A stretch of DNA of 64,000 nucleotides from a virus: the IMG/VR virus record IMGVR_UViG_3300005293_000039, positions 10,541 through 74,540 of that record; one strand, written 5' to 3'. Under the pieces are notes generated by a model, which saw only the letters and a program-made list of their open reading frames with translations, had not been told where the DNA came from and did not search any database. Below are positions 16,511 to 27,919 of the stretch, piece after piece (within the stretch, counting starts at the first letter, position 1; the number at the start of each line of letters is the position of its first letter). Both the position numbers and the translations under genes were made by a program.

Positions 16511-17950
16511 TCAGGCCTTGTATCCGCGCCACCTAGCCGTGGTGGAATCATAAATGACAAAGATAGCCTCATTCGCGGCGAGCACAATATCTGCTCCGGT
16601 AGAATTCAAAAACCGATTTCCTGCCGTGCTGCTTGCGCTCTCATGTTTGAGGGTAATATTGTTACTCCCCACATTAACGATAAAATGAGTTTGCCCGTCC
16701 ACTTGGCCCCGAACCATTCCGGTCACGTCTATTGCCGCCCCTGAACTCCAACGCTGCATGTGCGCATTTGACGTATAGGTATAGTTGTTTAAGTTGCTGC
16801 TGCCCAAACTCTCAGCCTGAACGCCAGCGGCCCATGTTCCGGGATTGCCTCCGTTCTTACAAAATCGGGTAACGCCACCATTTGTGTTTCCTGCGTCTCT
16901 CAGTTCTGCTTGCCCCTCAAACTGGAAAGACGTCTGGACCATTACATCTACCGCTCGGAGGATCGAAAATCTTACTGAACCTGTACCTAGTGCAATGACA
17001 TTGTTAGAGTCTGGATAAAGTGAGCCCCCATCGAACGCCAGGATCCGCGATGCGCCATATCTGAGTTGCAGTTGTCGTTGTGACCCTGTTCCCGCTGCCT
17101 CTGACTGGATTACAAAATCGGAACCCACCGGCCCTATCTTTAGCCTCTCGTAATTTGATGCGTCCGCAAAAGTCCGATAGATGTTCAATAGTTGCGCGTT
17201 CGCTCCATTTCTCTGCGCAACGGTATTTGCGTCTTCAATAACTAAGGGCGCGATTGAACCCCCACCCGCAGAGGTAAGATCTGTTTCTGTTCCTGTCGAG
17301 TCTTTAATGTAAAGATGCTTGTCTGACTTGGCGTAGATATGAACCGTGCCGCTTGCTGGCGTACTTGGTGCTGAGATTTCGGGAACTGTGATTGCCCCCG
17401 CATCACTAACGATGACAACGGAGTTTTGAATTAACTTCCCGGTTGTTGAATCGAAGCGCGCGATCGCGTTATCTGTTGCTGAGCCGGGACCTACTACGTC
17501 GCCAATGCCACCTGTTCCACCAGACGGAGAATTGCCTAGCAGACTTTGCATCTGCATATTCGTTCCGTCATAAACCAGATCCACCCATTGGCCCGCCCGA
17601 ATATCGTTTGTATCGAGATCGGTAGTAATTCCCCCGGCGGCTTTCTTAATTGTCTTTGCGCCAAGAGAATTAAAGTTGACCGTACATGCGCCTGTATTCG
17701 CCGTGTTGGCTTTGAAGCGATAGTGTTGGCCCGTAACATAGGCAGCGGGAGCCGGAGAAAGCGTCACCATGTAGGTATCAGTCGAGCCTGCATCCGAACC
17801 GAATACCCACGTTTGAAGCGCAAAGAACACACTTGAAAGTCTTGACTTTTTAGTTGCCGGTGTTCCCGCCGGATCGTTGACGGTGACGATTAAGTCATCA
17901 TGAGTCGGCGCGGTGTCTTCGGTTAATTGTGAAATTTTTAGATTAGCCAT
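16511..17950 (-). CDS. tail fibre / receptor-binding protein
   Basis: MANLKISQL start, G/T/S-rich fibre motifs (ATDNAIARFD..TGK), last tail gene. Confidence 0.8.
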   Translation of the reverse strand: MANLKISQLTEDTAPTHDDLIVTVNDPAGTPATKKSRLSSVFFALQTWVFGSDAGSTDTYMVTLSPAPAAYVTGQHYRFKANTANTGACTVNFNSLGAKTIKKAAGGITTDLDTNDIRAGQWVDLVYDGTNMQMQSLLGNSPSGGTGGIGDVVGPGSATDNAIARFDSTTGKLIQNSVVIVSDAGAITVPEISAPSTPASGTVHIYAKSDKHLYIKDSTGTETDLTSAGGGSIAPLVIEDANTVAQRNGANAQLLNIYRTFADASNYERLKIGPVGSDFVIQSEAAGTGSQRQLQLRYGASRILAFDGGSLYPDSNNVIALGTGSVRFSILRAVDVMVQTSFQFEGQAELRDAGNTNGGVTRFCKNGGNPGTWAAGVQAESLGSSNLNNYTYTSNAHMQRWSSGAAIDVTGMVRGQVDGQTHFIVNVGSNNITLKHESASSTAGNRFLNSTGADIVLAANEAIFVIYDSTTARWRGYKA

Positions 17951-20900
17951 TTATGACTCCTTCAAAATAAAGTCTCCGTCTTCTTGGAGTAAGAGTTCTC
18001 CCGCCTCGGTTGCGATTCCCTCAACGGTGCCAAAGCCAACTAAGATTGAGGCTGTTATTGCGGTCGAGCAGCCCCATTGATTACAAGCAACTGCTTCGAC
18101 CGTATATAGCCCATCTGTAGAAGCTAAGAATTCAAACACACCTTTATTATCTTCATTAGGTGGAAGTCTTGAGTTAATAGATTCATCCACTACAACTCCA
18201 CCACGAAGAATCAATCTAACTTTCGCATATTGGGCGTACACAGATGCGCCGAAAATCAGACCACCACGGATAGAGGTTATTTCTGCTGATCCATCTGTGG
18301 ATTGTGTTAGACCATCCGGAGGAAATGTTACGGTATCGAATGCGATATTCGGTGGTGGTTGTTGGAAGTTTGGTAATCCTGACTCTAACGGTACGTCTGT
18401 AGGATCCGGAACTAAATCGCTAAACTGATCGCGTGAGTAGAGTCGATTAACAAAGAAGACTTCGACCGGGTTTCGGATCGAAATGTCTTCAATCCTCATC
18501 AAGACGTTTCGATAGTTTCCAGAGTCATCCGAAGCGCAAACGACATCGCCCTGATCTAGTGCTAAGGCTCTCCCGGTTGCGCCAAACTTATAGAACCTAT
18601 CGCCCGCTCGAAACTTATTTAAGAGAGCATTACACCGTCTCGCATCCTGGTTGTAGTTATCGATCGCGGAATGATCGGGCTCGTAAGGATTGACCTTTAC
18701 GTAGTCTTCTTGATGCTGATCATCATTAACAACTATCGGGAAGTCGCCAAAGTCTTGTATGGCCTCTTTGTGAGTGGCTTTGATCTGATTGATTACCGGC
18801 TGACGTGAGGCTTCCGGCCATTCAAATGTTCCATCTAGAATGTTTGATCTTGTGGTATCGGCATAAGTCAGAGCACGGCCGGCAAACGAACCTAAGACTC
18901 GAGTTAATTCAATTCCAGCCTCGTGCTCTTCTTCGAGCTCGGATGCAAGTTTAAGAACTCCAATCTTTGAATAGACCGTAACGACATTATCTGCGGCATG
19001 GGCTTCGATGTATTCCCTGAGTACCGGATCGGCGTTGATCACGCACGCCATGCGATGACCAATGATTGATGAGGTTTCACCATTGACCAGATCCAGAACG
19101 CAATCAATTCCATCTATCGTAACGGTTATGCTTGAACCATCTGCTAACGAGCCTGTAATAGTGACCGTGGCTGACGATTGAACCGTCTCAGAGCCTCCGG
19201 TGAGGGTTGCATCAGAAGCTACAGCCGTAGGCCCACCTGACGCAGATGCAGCCAGCGTAATCTCGTCCCCGAGGTCTGAATAAACAACTTCACTAACTGG
19301 CCTGACTTCTGAGTTGTCCTGAACCTCAACCCATGTGGGAGTAGTTGCGGTGAGTTGCCAGAGACTATTCCCTTGAACCTGACGTGCGTATTTACCAACA
19401 TCGTCCGCGGTAAATCCCGTGGCACCTAAGCGCGCTGTCTGATCTCTATAGATCCAGTTCGGTTTAATCGCGATATGAAGCTTGCCATGCAGTAGGTAAG
19501 GCGAACCCTTTGTGGTTTTCCACGGCAGCACATCGTTAACGATCAACTCAGTGGTGCCGCCTTCACTTGCAACTCTCAGTTTTGTCCAGTCTGCGGGGCG
19601 TTCACCATCAATAATGATCTGTCCCTTAGCATTCCATCGGAAAAAGCCTCCAAAAGTGGGGAAGATCTGATCGTTGATAACATCGATGACCTTCTTCGCC
19701 TGAGTGAGTTCGGTGTTACACGTAGCGCCTTTTCGATAAGCCACAAGAAGATCTGCGGACGTCGGCGGCGCAGCCGGATCATAGAACTCATATTCTCCGA
19801 TCCTGTTACCACCCAAGCCGACGTTAATCAGTGCTCTTGCGGGAACTCCGGCGGGAATCTGAGTTCGGGTCGCCTCAAACGACTGAGGCCCAAGTAGGCT
19901 CGTGGATGTATACCGTTGAAAATCAACCCCAGCTCTTGAGACTTCGGTATTTGGTAGTAATGCCCTCTCCGCGTTTGTTTCGTCTTTAACTACCCGACAG
20001 TTGTAGGCGGCAGAGAATGCGCTCTCGTAGTCGTCGACCATGTTCTCGGGGATATTGAGAGCAGAGGGTTCGGTGAGTAAGTAACGAACATGATCGACCG
20101 GGTTGTCGGTCCAGTCTTCACCCGGGCATCCTATTGGACTTGTTACCGCTGAGGCGTGGATTGACTGAATCTGAGCCTCCGTCAAACTCGCGTTGGGATA
20201 AAGGGCAACTCGAGCCATTCCTGAGCTGGCGAACACGGGGCCAAAAATAATGTTTGGAATGAAGCCAAGCCGCCACGGTGCATCCTGAGGATCGCAAACT
20301 GCATCAGCAGGTAAATCTGATCGTGAGGCGCTCAGACATCCATTGATCCAGATGCCCATAAAGGCACCATCACGAACACACGCAACCGATACCACGGTAT
20401 TGACTGGGACCGTCTTGGATATAACAGCAAAACTCAGAGCCCCCTCGAGCTCCAATGCGAAGACAACGTTATCTGAAAATAATCCTGAGGATCGCGAGCC
20501 AAACGCAATATATGTATTAGGGACATCAAAGCCGTGCGCAATCATCATCTCGCAGCCTGAGGCTGTGTGTTTGGCTCGACAGGAGAATGAGAATTTTGTG
20601 CTTGATGGTCTTAAGCTTCCCAAGGTATTTCCAGACGATGGAACTTGTCCTATTGCCCCCGACATTCCATTTCCCGGAGATTCGGTTTCCAGGAATCCCG
20701 GAATGCCCACAACTAGATTGCTTCCCAGCGATAGGGGTATTAGAGATCCATCGTGGCTGTCGGCAGAATCCACACACAGCGTATTGGGATATGAGGGCGG
20801 GATACTTGTGCCATCCAGTTTCCAATAGGCTTCGGGATTAGTAGGGGTGATGGCTTCATCATATGAATTGTATTTTTGTCCGGGCGCGCTGAAGCTTGTT

Positions 20901-22156
20901 CCTGGAGCGGTTACCCCGCCCGTGCCGCTAGACAGTTTCCCTGTGCCGTCAGGATCGACGTCGAAGTACATTTGATCCGGCACAATCCCTGCGACTACAG
21001 AAGAGATTTCCGGTGCGGGATCTTCCGTCTCAATATCGCTGCCATTGCAATATCCCGTTATGTAGGCAAGCCTTGAGTGGAACGAATGATCGGGGAAAAC
21101 AGTGTCGGCAGTTTGCGATCCATCCCCACCATACTCGCCCAAATGTTTTGTAACCCCTATCGGCTGAGTGAACCCTAGAGATTCATTCCTCACGTTTATG
21201 AAGTCATGGATCTTCCCGCGGCACGCTGCCATCTTGAAGTTTATTGACGTGCCGATGTCTCGAAACTCAAGTGGTATTAAGCGTTTGGACCATCGGCCCA
21301 GAATCGTCGGGATCGCGTTGCCGTAAGGCGTACCGTCATGTGTTGAGTCATTAACTGTAGTGGATCTTCTTTTGCCAACTAATAGGCTGCCCACTAGTCC
21401 GAAACCGCCATATCTTAATAACTTTTGCAGAAAGCCTTCATGCGATTTGTTGATAAATGAACTTTCGATCTGAACAATGCGAATCCCTTGGAAGAATTTG
21501 CGATTACTGTAGAAAATGCATTTCTCTTCCGTCTTATTGCAGACTGTTCCCGCCTGAAACTCGGCAGACTTCTCCGACAATAATTCAGTACCAAGGCACT
21601 CTGGCCCTTTGAATTTAATCGTGCAATGTTGTTGAAATTGATAGCGAGGTATGAGGGCTTCAATTGTTCCGCAGTCCTGATTAGCCGTAATCGTTCCACG
21701 TTCTCGATTGAATCCGTCCGGCTTATCACATCGGCCGGCAAACAAAATGATAGAGTTAGCAAGTATCGCTCCGTCATTCCCGATCGCGGCTGCGACAGAA
21801 AAATCCAGAACTCTAACAACTAATTTCTTGCCCTCAACCACATTCGCGTTGACATATCGCGCCATGTAGCGAAAGCCGTCGACGTCATTATCAACGTTAG
21901 AGAAGTTGATCGAGACTGAATTGATTTCTTTCTTAACAGTCTTTTCGATTGTCACACCCTCGAGCACCTGGCGTTTGTAAGTTACCGGCCCGAACGGGAG
22001 AACATACGTAAACTCAGCAAAAGTTCTTTCGGCAGCGCGAGGATCGAAGCCTGAGGCTGAGTCGTAGTCGCTGGCGTAGATTTCATAGACCGCGAACAGA
22101 TCGCTATTCTCTGCGTCCAGAACTGTCTCTAAATATGTGCCGAGGTTGAGTTGCAT
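17951..22156 (-). CDS. central tail tip/hub protein with LamG-like insert
   Basis: 1401 aa after Dit; C...FK..EC...C.K...C cluster; AYWKLD...VRDGA..GIWING lectin-like segment. Confidence 0.8.
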   Translation of the reverse strand: MQLNLGTYLETVLDAENSDLFAVYEIYASDYDSASGFDPRAAERTFAEFTYVLPFGPVTYKRQVLEGVTIEKTVKKEINSVSINFSNVDNDVDGFRYMARYVNANVVEGKKLVVRVLDFSVAAAIGNDGAILANSIILFAGRCDKPDGFNRERGTITANQDCGTIEALIPRYQFQQHCTIKFKGPECLGTELLSEKSAEFQAGTVCNKTEEKCIFYSNRKFFQGIRIVQIESSFINKSHEGFLQKLLRYGGFGLVGSLLVGKRRSTTVNDSTHDGTPYGNAIPTILGRWSKRLIPLEFRDIGTSINFKMAACRGKIHDFINVRNESLGFTQPIGVTKHLGEYGGDGSQTADTVFPDHSFHSRLAYITGYCNGSDIETEDPAPEISSVVAGIVPDQMYFDVDPDGTGKLSSGTGGVTAPGTSFSAPGQKYNSYDEAITPTNPEAYWKLDGTSIPPSYPNTLCVDSADSHDGSLIPLSLGSNLVVGIPGFLETESPGNGMSGAIGQVPSSGNTLGSLRPSSTKFSFSCRAKHTASGCEMMIAHGFDVPNTYIAFGSRSSGLFSDNVVFALELEGALSFAVISKTVPVNTVVSVACVRDGAFMGIWINGCLSASRSDLPADAVCDPQDAPWRLGFIPNIIFGPVFASSGMARVALYPNASLTEAQIQSIHASAVTSPIGCPGEDWTDNPVDHVRYLLTEPSALNIPENMVDDYESAFSAAYNCRVVKDETNAERALLPNTEVSRAGVDFQRYTSTSLLGPQSFEATRTQIPAGVPARALINVGLGGNRIGEYEFYDPAAPPTSADLLVAYRKGATCNTELTQAKKVIDVINDQIFPTFGGFFRWNAKGQIIIDGERPADWTKLRVASEGGTTELIVNDVLPWKTTKGSPYLLHGKLHIAIKPNWIYRDQTARLGATGFTADDVGKYARQVQGNSLWQLTATTPTWVEVQDNSEVRPVSEVVYSDLGDEITLAASASGGPTAVASDATLTGGSETVQSSATVTITGSLADGSSITVTIDGIDCVLDLVNGETSSIIGHRMACVINADPVLREYIEAHAADNVVTVYSKIGVLKLASELEEEHEAGIELTRVLGSFAGRALTYADTTRSNILDGTFEWPEASRQPVINQIKATHKEAIQDFGDFPIVVNDDQHQEDYVKVNPYEPDHSAIDNYNQDARRCNALLNKFRAGDRFYKFGATGRALALDQGDVVCASDDSGNYRNVLMRIEDISIRNPVEVFFVNRLYSRDQFSDLVPDPTDVPLESGLPNFQQPPPNIAFDTVTFPPDGLTQSTDGSAEITSIRGGLIFGASVYAQYAKVRLILRGGVVVDESINSRLPPNEDNKGVFEFLASTDGLYTVEAVACNQWGCSTAITASILVGFGTVEGIATEAGELLLQEDGDFILKES

Positions 22157-22891
22157 TTAGGCAGGGCGCTTTATGAGTTTTACTTCGAACGTGTTGCGCC
22201 ACACTAACGTGTGATCAGGATCCACTGGCTCTTCAAAGCGCACTCCCGTAACCAATTCGCCGGGTTCGCCGCGCACAAAGGGCACGGCGCGCGGCTCGAG
22301 AAAATCAAAGGCCAGATCAATTCCGTGCGCTAAGTAAAAATCAACGATCGTGCTTGTGGCGTCTTCATCCTTACGGTTGTATTCCAATGTATATCTTTGC
22401 GGAGCGCCGAGAGCAGATCGGTTGTAATGTGCTCCCTTATCTTCAAACACCGAAACAAGCGTTATCTCATCTAGTCGTTTTGGGTGTTTTGTGTACTTGT
22501 TCGCCTTGATCCCCGTCCCGCCCGTTGAGTTTCTCGACGGAACCAAGGCCGCATCAGGATCGGGAAGAGCATTGATTGAGAATCCGCTACCTGAATTATT
22601 CGCAATGAACCTTAAGAGGGTTGAGTTAGGTAGTTCTGAAACGAACCAATCAACTGATGTCGCTCCAGTCGGGAGGGGGGTGATTGCGGTGACGTCGATT
22701 TGCTCGTCATCATCAATCGCGATTAAACCTGGCGGACTAATCTTTGTCTTTCCATTAACGTTGACGTAGGCGTAGGCCACAAGATAAGCCCCATTACTGA
22801 GTGCGCCCGCAGAGTTCGATAGAACCGGCGCATCCGAGGGGCTGGCAAGAATTCCGGCGGCGTGAATTGGATACAGATCAGCCACTAACAC
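22157..22891 (-). CDS. distal tail protein-like
   Basis: Follows TMP; YTLEY...FY..HG..FDF..P...VRF. Confidence 0.6.
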   Translation of the reverse strand: MLVADLYPIHAAGILASPSDAPVLSNSAGALSNGAYLVAYAYVNVNGKTKISPPGLIAIDDDEQIDVTAITPLPTGATSVDWFVSELPNSTLLRFIANNSGSGFSINALPDPDAALVPSRNSTGGTGIKANKYTKHPKRLDEITLVSVFEDKGAHYNRSALGAPQRYTLEYNRKDEDATSTIVDFYLAHGIDLAFDFLEPRAVPFVRGEPGELVTGVRFEEPVDPDHTLVWRNTFEVKLIKRPA

Positions 22892-25800
22892 CTCCGTCGT
22901 TTAAAACAATTTCTCTGATTGATCCGCCTCTGCGATAGCCCTTGCTAAGGACTTCGAGAATGTGCGAGTCATTGCTGACAATCTTCAGGACATGTTCGTG
23001 CCTCACGATAGTTTGTTGGGGCGCCGTCCCAGAGTTTCGTGAGAGCGTTGCGGCACTGATTTGCCCCGTCCCTGTATTCGAAGATGATCCGCTGCCATTC
23101 GGACCTGTCGGCTGCTTAAACAGATTCCCGGCTGCTTTTCTTCCCACTGCTGCCGCGACTCCGGCAATGGAGCCAAAGATGGCCGCAGCGGTGAAGTGCG
23201 ACGCAGAAGCTGCGGGATGAACGAATAGCAAGGCAAAGCCTTCTGCTAGCTCAAAGATTGCCTTGACTGCGGCCTGAGCTGCGACTTGGGCCAGTACCTG
23301 AGCGGTCAGCTTTCTTAGCGCGGCGGGACCAGTTTCTCCCGTCAGCACCCAAGCAGTGATCATTTGATTCAAACCATCAGTGAAGGTTCGAATTGCATCA
23401 CCGGCTATGGTGGAAAAGTTTCCTGCCGCTCTTGATTGTTCCTTAAAGAAATCTGCTGCTGTTTGCGCGGCAGCCCTGAAGGCAACGGAGAGGTTATTAA
23501 CAGACTCTTCGGTTAACTCGGCTTCTGCACGAAAGCGCTCGAAGTTTTCACTAAAGTTATCCCCGAAAAGTGAACGAGTGCTTAAGGGATCTTCTCTTTC
23601 TAATGCGGCCTTCCGACGCGCCTCAATTTCAGCATCGGCGGCGGCATGGCGTTCTCTTTCCGCTTCTTCTTTAAGATTGATCTGACGTTCTTTCTCGAGC
23701 CGTTGTTCTTCAGTCTGAGCGGCGGTTCGGTTTTCCTCTTTTTCCTGATTAATTGCGTCCTGAGCTCGCTTATGTCGTGCGTCCTCATCGCTGCGATCCA
23801 GATCGGCTTGACGTTGAATGATTATTCTGCGGTCAAAATTGCGTCGAACGAGAGACTCTACGCGCAACTCTTCCGTGTCCCTGAGAATTCGCGAGATCTC
23901 TTCCTCGAGACGCTTTATCTCTTCGTTGTAGCGTCGATTATTTTCTAGATCCTTTTGTCGCTTGTCCTGGATGTCGCGGTCGCCATTGGCCTGAATCGTT
24001 GTACGTTCCGCTTTGAGGATCTTGATATCGTTATTGAGCTTCTGCTGCGCCTCAGTCTCTTCTTTGTTGGCTCTTCGGGCTTCGCCAACTCGCAACGCAT
24101 CAATCCGGGCGATTTCCTTGGCGGCATCGGATTGTTCGGTGAGGCGTTTTACCGGATCTGCTATAGTTCCAGCCTCTTGTAAGCGTTTCTCGGCCGCCTC
24201 TCGCTGTTTCACGAGATCATCTGAGATCTTGCGGTTGATTTCGGTAATGGTGTTGGCGCGCGTGAAGGCTAACTCTATTTCCTGCTGATTTGCATCCAGT
24301 CTCAGCTTGAGTATTTTCTTCGCCGCTTCTTCTTCCGTTTGAATGCGAGCAGCAGCCAACGCCTCGTTTGAGGTAATGAGACGCTCTCTGGTGATCTCAA
24401 TTAACCTGATGGTGGTATCGAGGTCTTGTTGCTGTAGCCCCGCTCTTCGCTCGGCCTCATTTCGAATGATCTCGATCCTGCGCTCTGCCTGTTGCTGTAA
24501 AGCTGCGGTACGTTCACGTTGGAGGTCATCAAGTTGATCGTTGATCTTCTGTACGAGTGCCGGATCTTTGCCGGCCTCTTCGCGTTCTTTCTGGAGTACC
24601 TCACGGCGCTTGGCAAACTCGACTTCCAGCAATCCCGCGGTAGCATCGGCGGCAACTAAGGCTGCTGTCCTTCCGGCTTCGGCAGATCTATTTATCGAAG
24701 CAATCTGATCGCTGATCGCCTGGTTGAAGATACTGGCCTTTGCCCGCCTATGGGCCTGCTCTCGTTCTAATTCCTGTGCTCGGAACTCTGCGCGTTTGTC
24801 GGCTTCGAGTTTTCTAAAGCCATCTTCAGCGGCTCGGATCTTATTATCGAACTCCAGAACGTCATCAAATTGCTTTTGCTTCGCTTGTTCATCAACCGCA
24901 ACTTCTTTTGCACGCGCTTCACGTTGTTTTTCTAAGCCTTCGACAACTAACCGGGTCTTCTCTTTCTCCGTAGCAATCACAGACTCGAGTGCTGTTGCTG
25001 GCGCGATCTCGCGGGCCTTTAGTTGCCGGTCAATGGCGTCGACCTGTTCATTTGCAAAGCGGACTGCTTCATCGATCTCAGCGCGCACCTCTCGTGCTTC
25101 CTGTCTTGTCTTCGCTAAACTCGATTCAGGCGGTGCTAAGGGAACTGGAGTTACATCGGGCACCTTCAGGGCGGGAATCTCTGGCTGGATATTAAGAACG
25201 GCCTTGATGATATCGGCGAGTTTGTGCCACTTATCGATCTCTACATCCAAGAAGGGTTCAATAAGCCGGAATTCTCCGAGCACCGTTTTGGCAAAGCTAC
25301 CGATCGCACCAGCCGCTAACCCGAGGATGTCATTAAGCGCCTGAATCTCGTTGTGGTTTTCATCAATAAACTTGGAGAAATCCCGCACTGCATCAGTAGC
25401 CGCTGGAATAACATCCTTGCCGAGCAGTGCTCGGAACTTCAATTCCAGTATCTCTAGCTGAGCATTGAACTCCTGCGCAGCCTCGGCATCTTCGCGCGAG
25501 ACGATCAGGCCCATCTCCCGGAACCTGTCAATCGCGCCGTCGAGATCTCCATGCATCTCTTTAAGGATCGCGAGAATTGATTTACCGCCCCGCTCAAAGA
25601 GTTCGAGTGCGGTAGCGGTTTGGTGAAAGCCTTCGGGCATGGCCGCAAGACCGATAAGGGTCTGGCGCAGCGCGGCTTCGGTGTCGGTAATGTCAACCGA
25701 CAGTTCGGAGAATGCTTGCCCAGCCTTCGTGGTGGGATCGCGGCCCTCTTCGAGCTTTTTCTGGAAGATTCCGAGTGAGGCTGTGACACTTCCAAGATCG

Positions 25801-26951
25801 CCTCCTGTGGTCTTAGCGAAAATCTCAAACGCGCTTAAGGTTTCAACGCTTATGCCTACCTGCTGGCTAAGATCAACCATCTCCCCGCGAAATCCGGCGG
25901 CTGATTTAGCTAACTCAAGAAAACGTTCCCCGATGTCTATGCCGACGTCGGCAAGTAATCCCATTGCGACAACAAGAATCCCTACGCCTACAGCCACTCC
26001 GGCAACGATTAGACCGACCGGCCCAGCAGCAGCTATCAGCGCACTCAAACCCTCACCAGCTTCAGCCGTGGCCGCAGTGAGCCCTGACATTTCAGCTTCC
26101 GCCGTACCAAGTGCTGGGAGTAGTTTTTGTGCGGCTGCGGCACCAAAGAAATCTATCGCCGCAGAGTCTTTTTCTGCCTGAGTTCCGAGATCCTTAAAGC
26201 CCGTTAGGAATGTTTTGATTTCGCCAGCAGTCTTTCCACTCCCTGCGGCAAGGGAATTTATTGCCTTACCTAACCTGAGCGTGGATGCTTCGACATTGCC
26301 GGAGGCCACGCTAAAATTTCGAAGGTTATCGGTGACACGGAGAAACGCTCCACCAAACAATGGAATGCGTTGGCCCACAAACACATTGACTTTATCACCG
26401 AGTTCCTGAATGCCCTTGCTTGCGATCGAACTGACATTCGCCGTTTGGGTCGCTGATTTAAGTAGTGCCTGAAGTTCAGAGGCCGCTGTCTGTGAAGCAA
26501 CTCTCAGGTTACTTGCGGAGGCGGTTTTCTGTTCAGTCTCGCGGGCTTTTTCTTCGGCCTTTAACTGAGATAGGATTGCGCTTGAGCGCTGTTTCTGAAG
26601 AGAAAGTACAGCATTAGAGCGGGACTTTTCCTCCGCGATCAGGGCCGCACTCCGCTGCTTATCCAGAGACTGTACGGCTGTTTGTTGAGCCTTAGCTTCT
26701 GCAATCAGCGCCGCAGAGCGTTGTTTCTGTAGCGATGCTACGGCAGCGTCAGTTTCCTTTTGGATCTTGATAGCGGTATCGGCCTGTTGCTTTTGAACGG
26801 CCGTAGCGGCAGACGCGGCAGCGCCGTCGTTGGGCTTATTCAGCCCGGCAAGTTGTGAGGAAATGTTAGCGGTTAGGCGTTGGAGTTCGCTTGAGGCTTG
26901 GGAGCCATCAAGGCGTAGCAGAAAAGTTAGTGAAAGTTCGTTGGCAGACAC
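22878..26951 (-). CDS. tape measure protein
   Basis: 1357 aa, Ala-rich helical, hydrophobic segments, DLSQQVGISVETLS. Confidence 0.92.
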   Translation of the reverse strand: MSANELSLTFLLRLDGSQASSELQRLTANISSQLAGLNKPNDGAAASAATAVQKQQADTAIKIQKETDAAVASLQKQRSAALIAEAKAQQTAVQSLDKQRSAALIAEEKSRSNAVLSLQKQRSSAILSQLKAEEKARETEQKTASASNLRVASQTAASELQALLKSATQTANVSSIASKGIQELGDKVNVFVGQRIPLFGGAFLRVTDNLRNFSVASGNVEASTLRLGKAINSLAAGSGKTAGEIKTFLTGFKDLGTQAEKDSAAIDFFGAAAAQKLLPALGTAEAEMSGLTAATAEAGEGLSALIAAAGPVGLIVAGVAVGVGILVVAMGLLADVGIDIGERFLELAKSAAGFRGEMVDLSQQVGISVETLSAFEIFAKTTGGDLGSVTASLGIFQKKLEEGRDPTTKAGQAFSELSVDITDTEAALRQTLIGLAAMPEGFHQTATALELFERGGKSILAILKEMHGDLDGAIDRFREMGLIVSREDAEAAQEFNAQLEILELKFRALLGKDVIPAATDAVRDFSKFIDENHNEIQALNDILGLAAGAIGSFAKTVLGEFRLIEPFLDVEIDKWHKLADIIKAVLNIQPEIPALKVPDVTPVPLAPPESSLAKTRQEAREVRAEIDEAVRFANEQVDAIDRQLKAREIAPATALESVIATEKEKTRLVVEGLEKQREARAKEVAVDEQAKQKQFDDVLEFDNKIRAAEDGFRKLEADKRAEFRAQELEREQAHRRAKASIFNQAISDQIASINRSAEAGRTAALVAADATAGLLEVEFAKRREVLQKEREEAGKDPALVQKINDQLDDLQRERTAALQQQAERRIEIIRNEAERRAGLQQQDLDTTIRLIEITRERLITSNEALAAARIQTEEEAAKKILKLRLDANQQEIELAFTRANTITEINRKISDDLVKQREAAEKRLQEAGTIADPVKRLTEQSDAAKEIARIDALRVGEARRANKEETEAQQKLNNDIKILKAERTTIQANGDRDIQDKRQKDLENNRRYNEEIKRLEEEISRILRDTEELRVESLVRRNFDRRIIIQRQADLDRSDEDARHKRAQDAINQEKEENRTAAQTEEQRLEKERQINLKEEAERERHAAADAEIEARRKAALEREDPLSTRSLFGDNFSENFERFRAEAELTEESVNNLSVAFRAAAQTAADFFKEQSRAAGNFSTIAGDAIRTFTDGLNQMITAWVLTGETGPAALRKLTAQVLAQVAAQAAVKAIFELAEGFALLFVHPAASASHFTAAAIFGSIAGVAAAVGRKAAGNLFKQPTGPNGSGSSSNTGTGQISAATLSRNSGTAPQQTIVRHEHVLKIVSNDSHILEVLSKGYRRGGSIREIVLNDGGVSG

Positions 26952-27025
26952 ATCTAATTAGAAAGCACGGAAAGCCACTATAAATGAGTTGTGAGATTTA
27001 AGTTTTGAGTGCGATAATTCAGGAT

Positions 27026-27571
27026 ATGGAAAGTCATCAGCACAAGCCCATTGACGTTTACTCTGAGCGTTTTATTGATCCCATTATGGTGCGGTGCTCA
27101 GAATGCGGAGAGATATTGATCGGTCCCATTGCTTCCCTATTCGAAGCGAAGCCAGAAGAACCTGCTGCTGATAAGGTCGGAATGATTCCAGTTAGTGAGA
27201 TCGTTAGCGTGCTTCGTGACGCCATTGCGGGTAAGCTACCCGTGAAGCCCGTCGGCCCAACGTGGAATGAAGTGTATGCGGGAGATGTTCAGTTCTGGTT
27301 TGGCGATTGGAAAATTGAAATCTTCAACGACTGCGATTCGTTTGATTACATAAATTCAGTCGAAGCACCTGATGGGCGTAGAGCGGTTTTTGAAGACTGG
27401 TGGGGCGACCGCGAAATTCCAATTTGCCCTGAGAATCAGTTAACAGGGGATGAGATAGAACGGCTTGTCGAATTTCGGGTCAGAAAATCTGAGCCTCACC
27501 AAACGCAGAGACGGTGGCCTTCGAGAGTTCTAAAACAAAATCTCGCACCTCAAATCGAGATCGAAACATGA
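27026..27571 (+). CDS. antisense moron, hypothetical protein
   Basis: Opposite strand inside tail operon; WNEVYAG...FNDCDSFDY. Confidence 0.6.
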   Translation: MESHQHKPIDVYSERFIDPIMVRCSECGEILIGPIASLFEAKPEEPAADKVGMIPVSEIVSVLRDAIAGKLPVKPVGPTWNEVYAGDVQFWFGDWKIEIFNDCDSFDYINSVEAPDGRRAVFEDWWGDREIPICPENQLTGDEIERLVEFRVRKSEPHQTQRRWPSRVLKQNLAPQIEIET

Positions 27572-27752
27572 TCTTGGAACCATTCACATCAACGACTACT
27601 AACTGACCACCATCAGGTACAGATACTCTGTACGCGCTACTAGCCGCAGGTGACTGTTCGACGTCGTTCAGGATCTCGATTATTGAAGGTCGATTTTCGA
27701 ATGCATCAGGTATCCCGTCATTATTCCTGTCGGGAAATTCTTGATCGGTCAT
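27480..27752 (-). CDS. hypothetical protein
   Basis: MTDQEF start; DRNNDGIPD. Confidence 0.45.
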   Translation of the reverse strand: MTDQEFPDRNNDGIPDAFENRPSIIEILNDVEQSPAASSAYRVSVPDGGQLVVVDVNGSKIMFRSRFEVRDFVLELSKATVSAFGEAQIF

Positions 27753-27919
27753 TGTTAGTAGGTATGACGAGATCCGCGGGGTCGGGAGAAAAGATATAAG
27801 CCCCACCATCCACCATATGCGGCAAACTCAGCGCAACTGATTTGACGGAAGTTAAAAGGGCAAGGCGGTACTTCAAATACTCGATTGGCCATAGCGGAGA
27901 TTATAAGGCGTGGTTGCTG

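Noticed and set aside
16511-22156. Diversity-generating retroelement or invertible tail-fibre cassette
   Set aside because: No reverse transcriptase, invertase or TR/VR repeat pair seen
22942-26500. Long + strand ORFs opposite the tape measure gene
   Set aside because: Antisense shadows of an Ala/Glu-rich gene with no protein motifs
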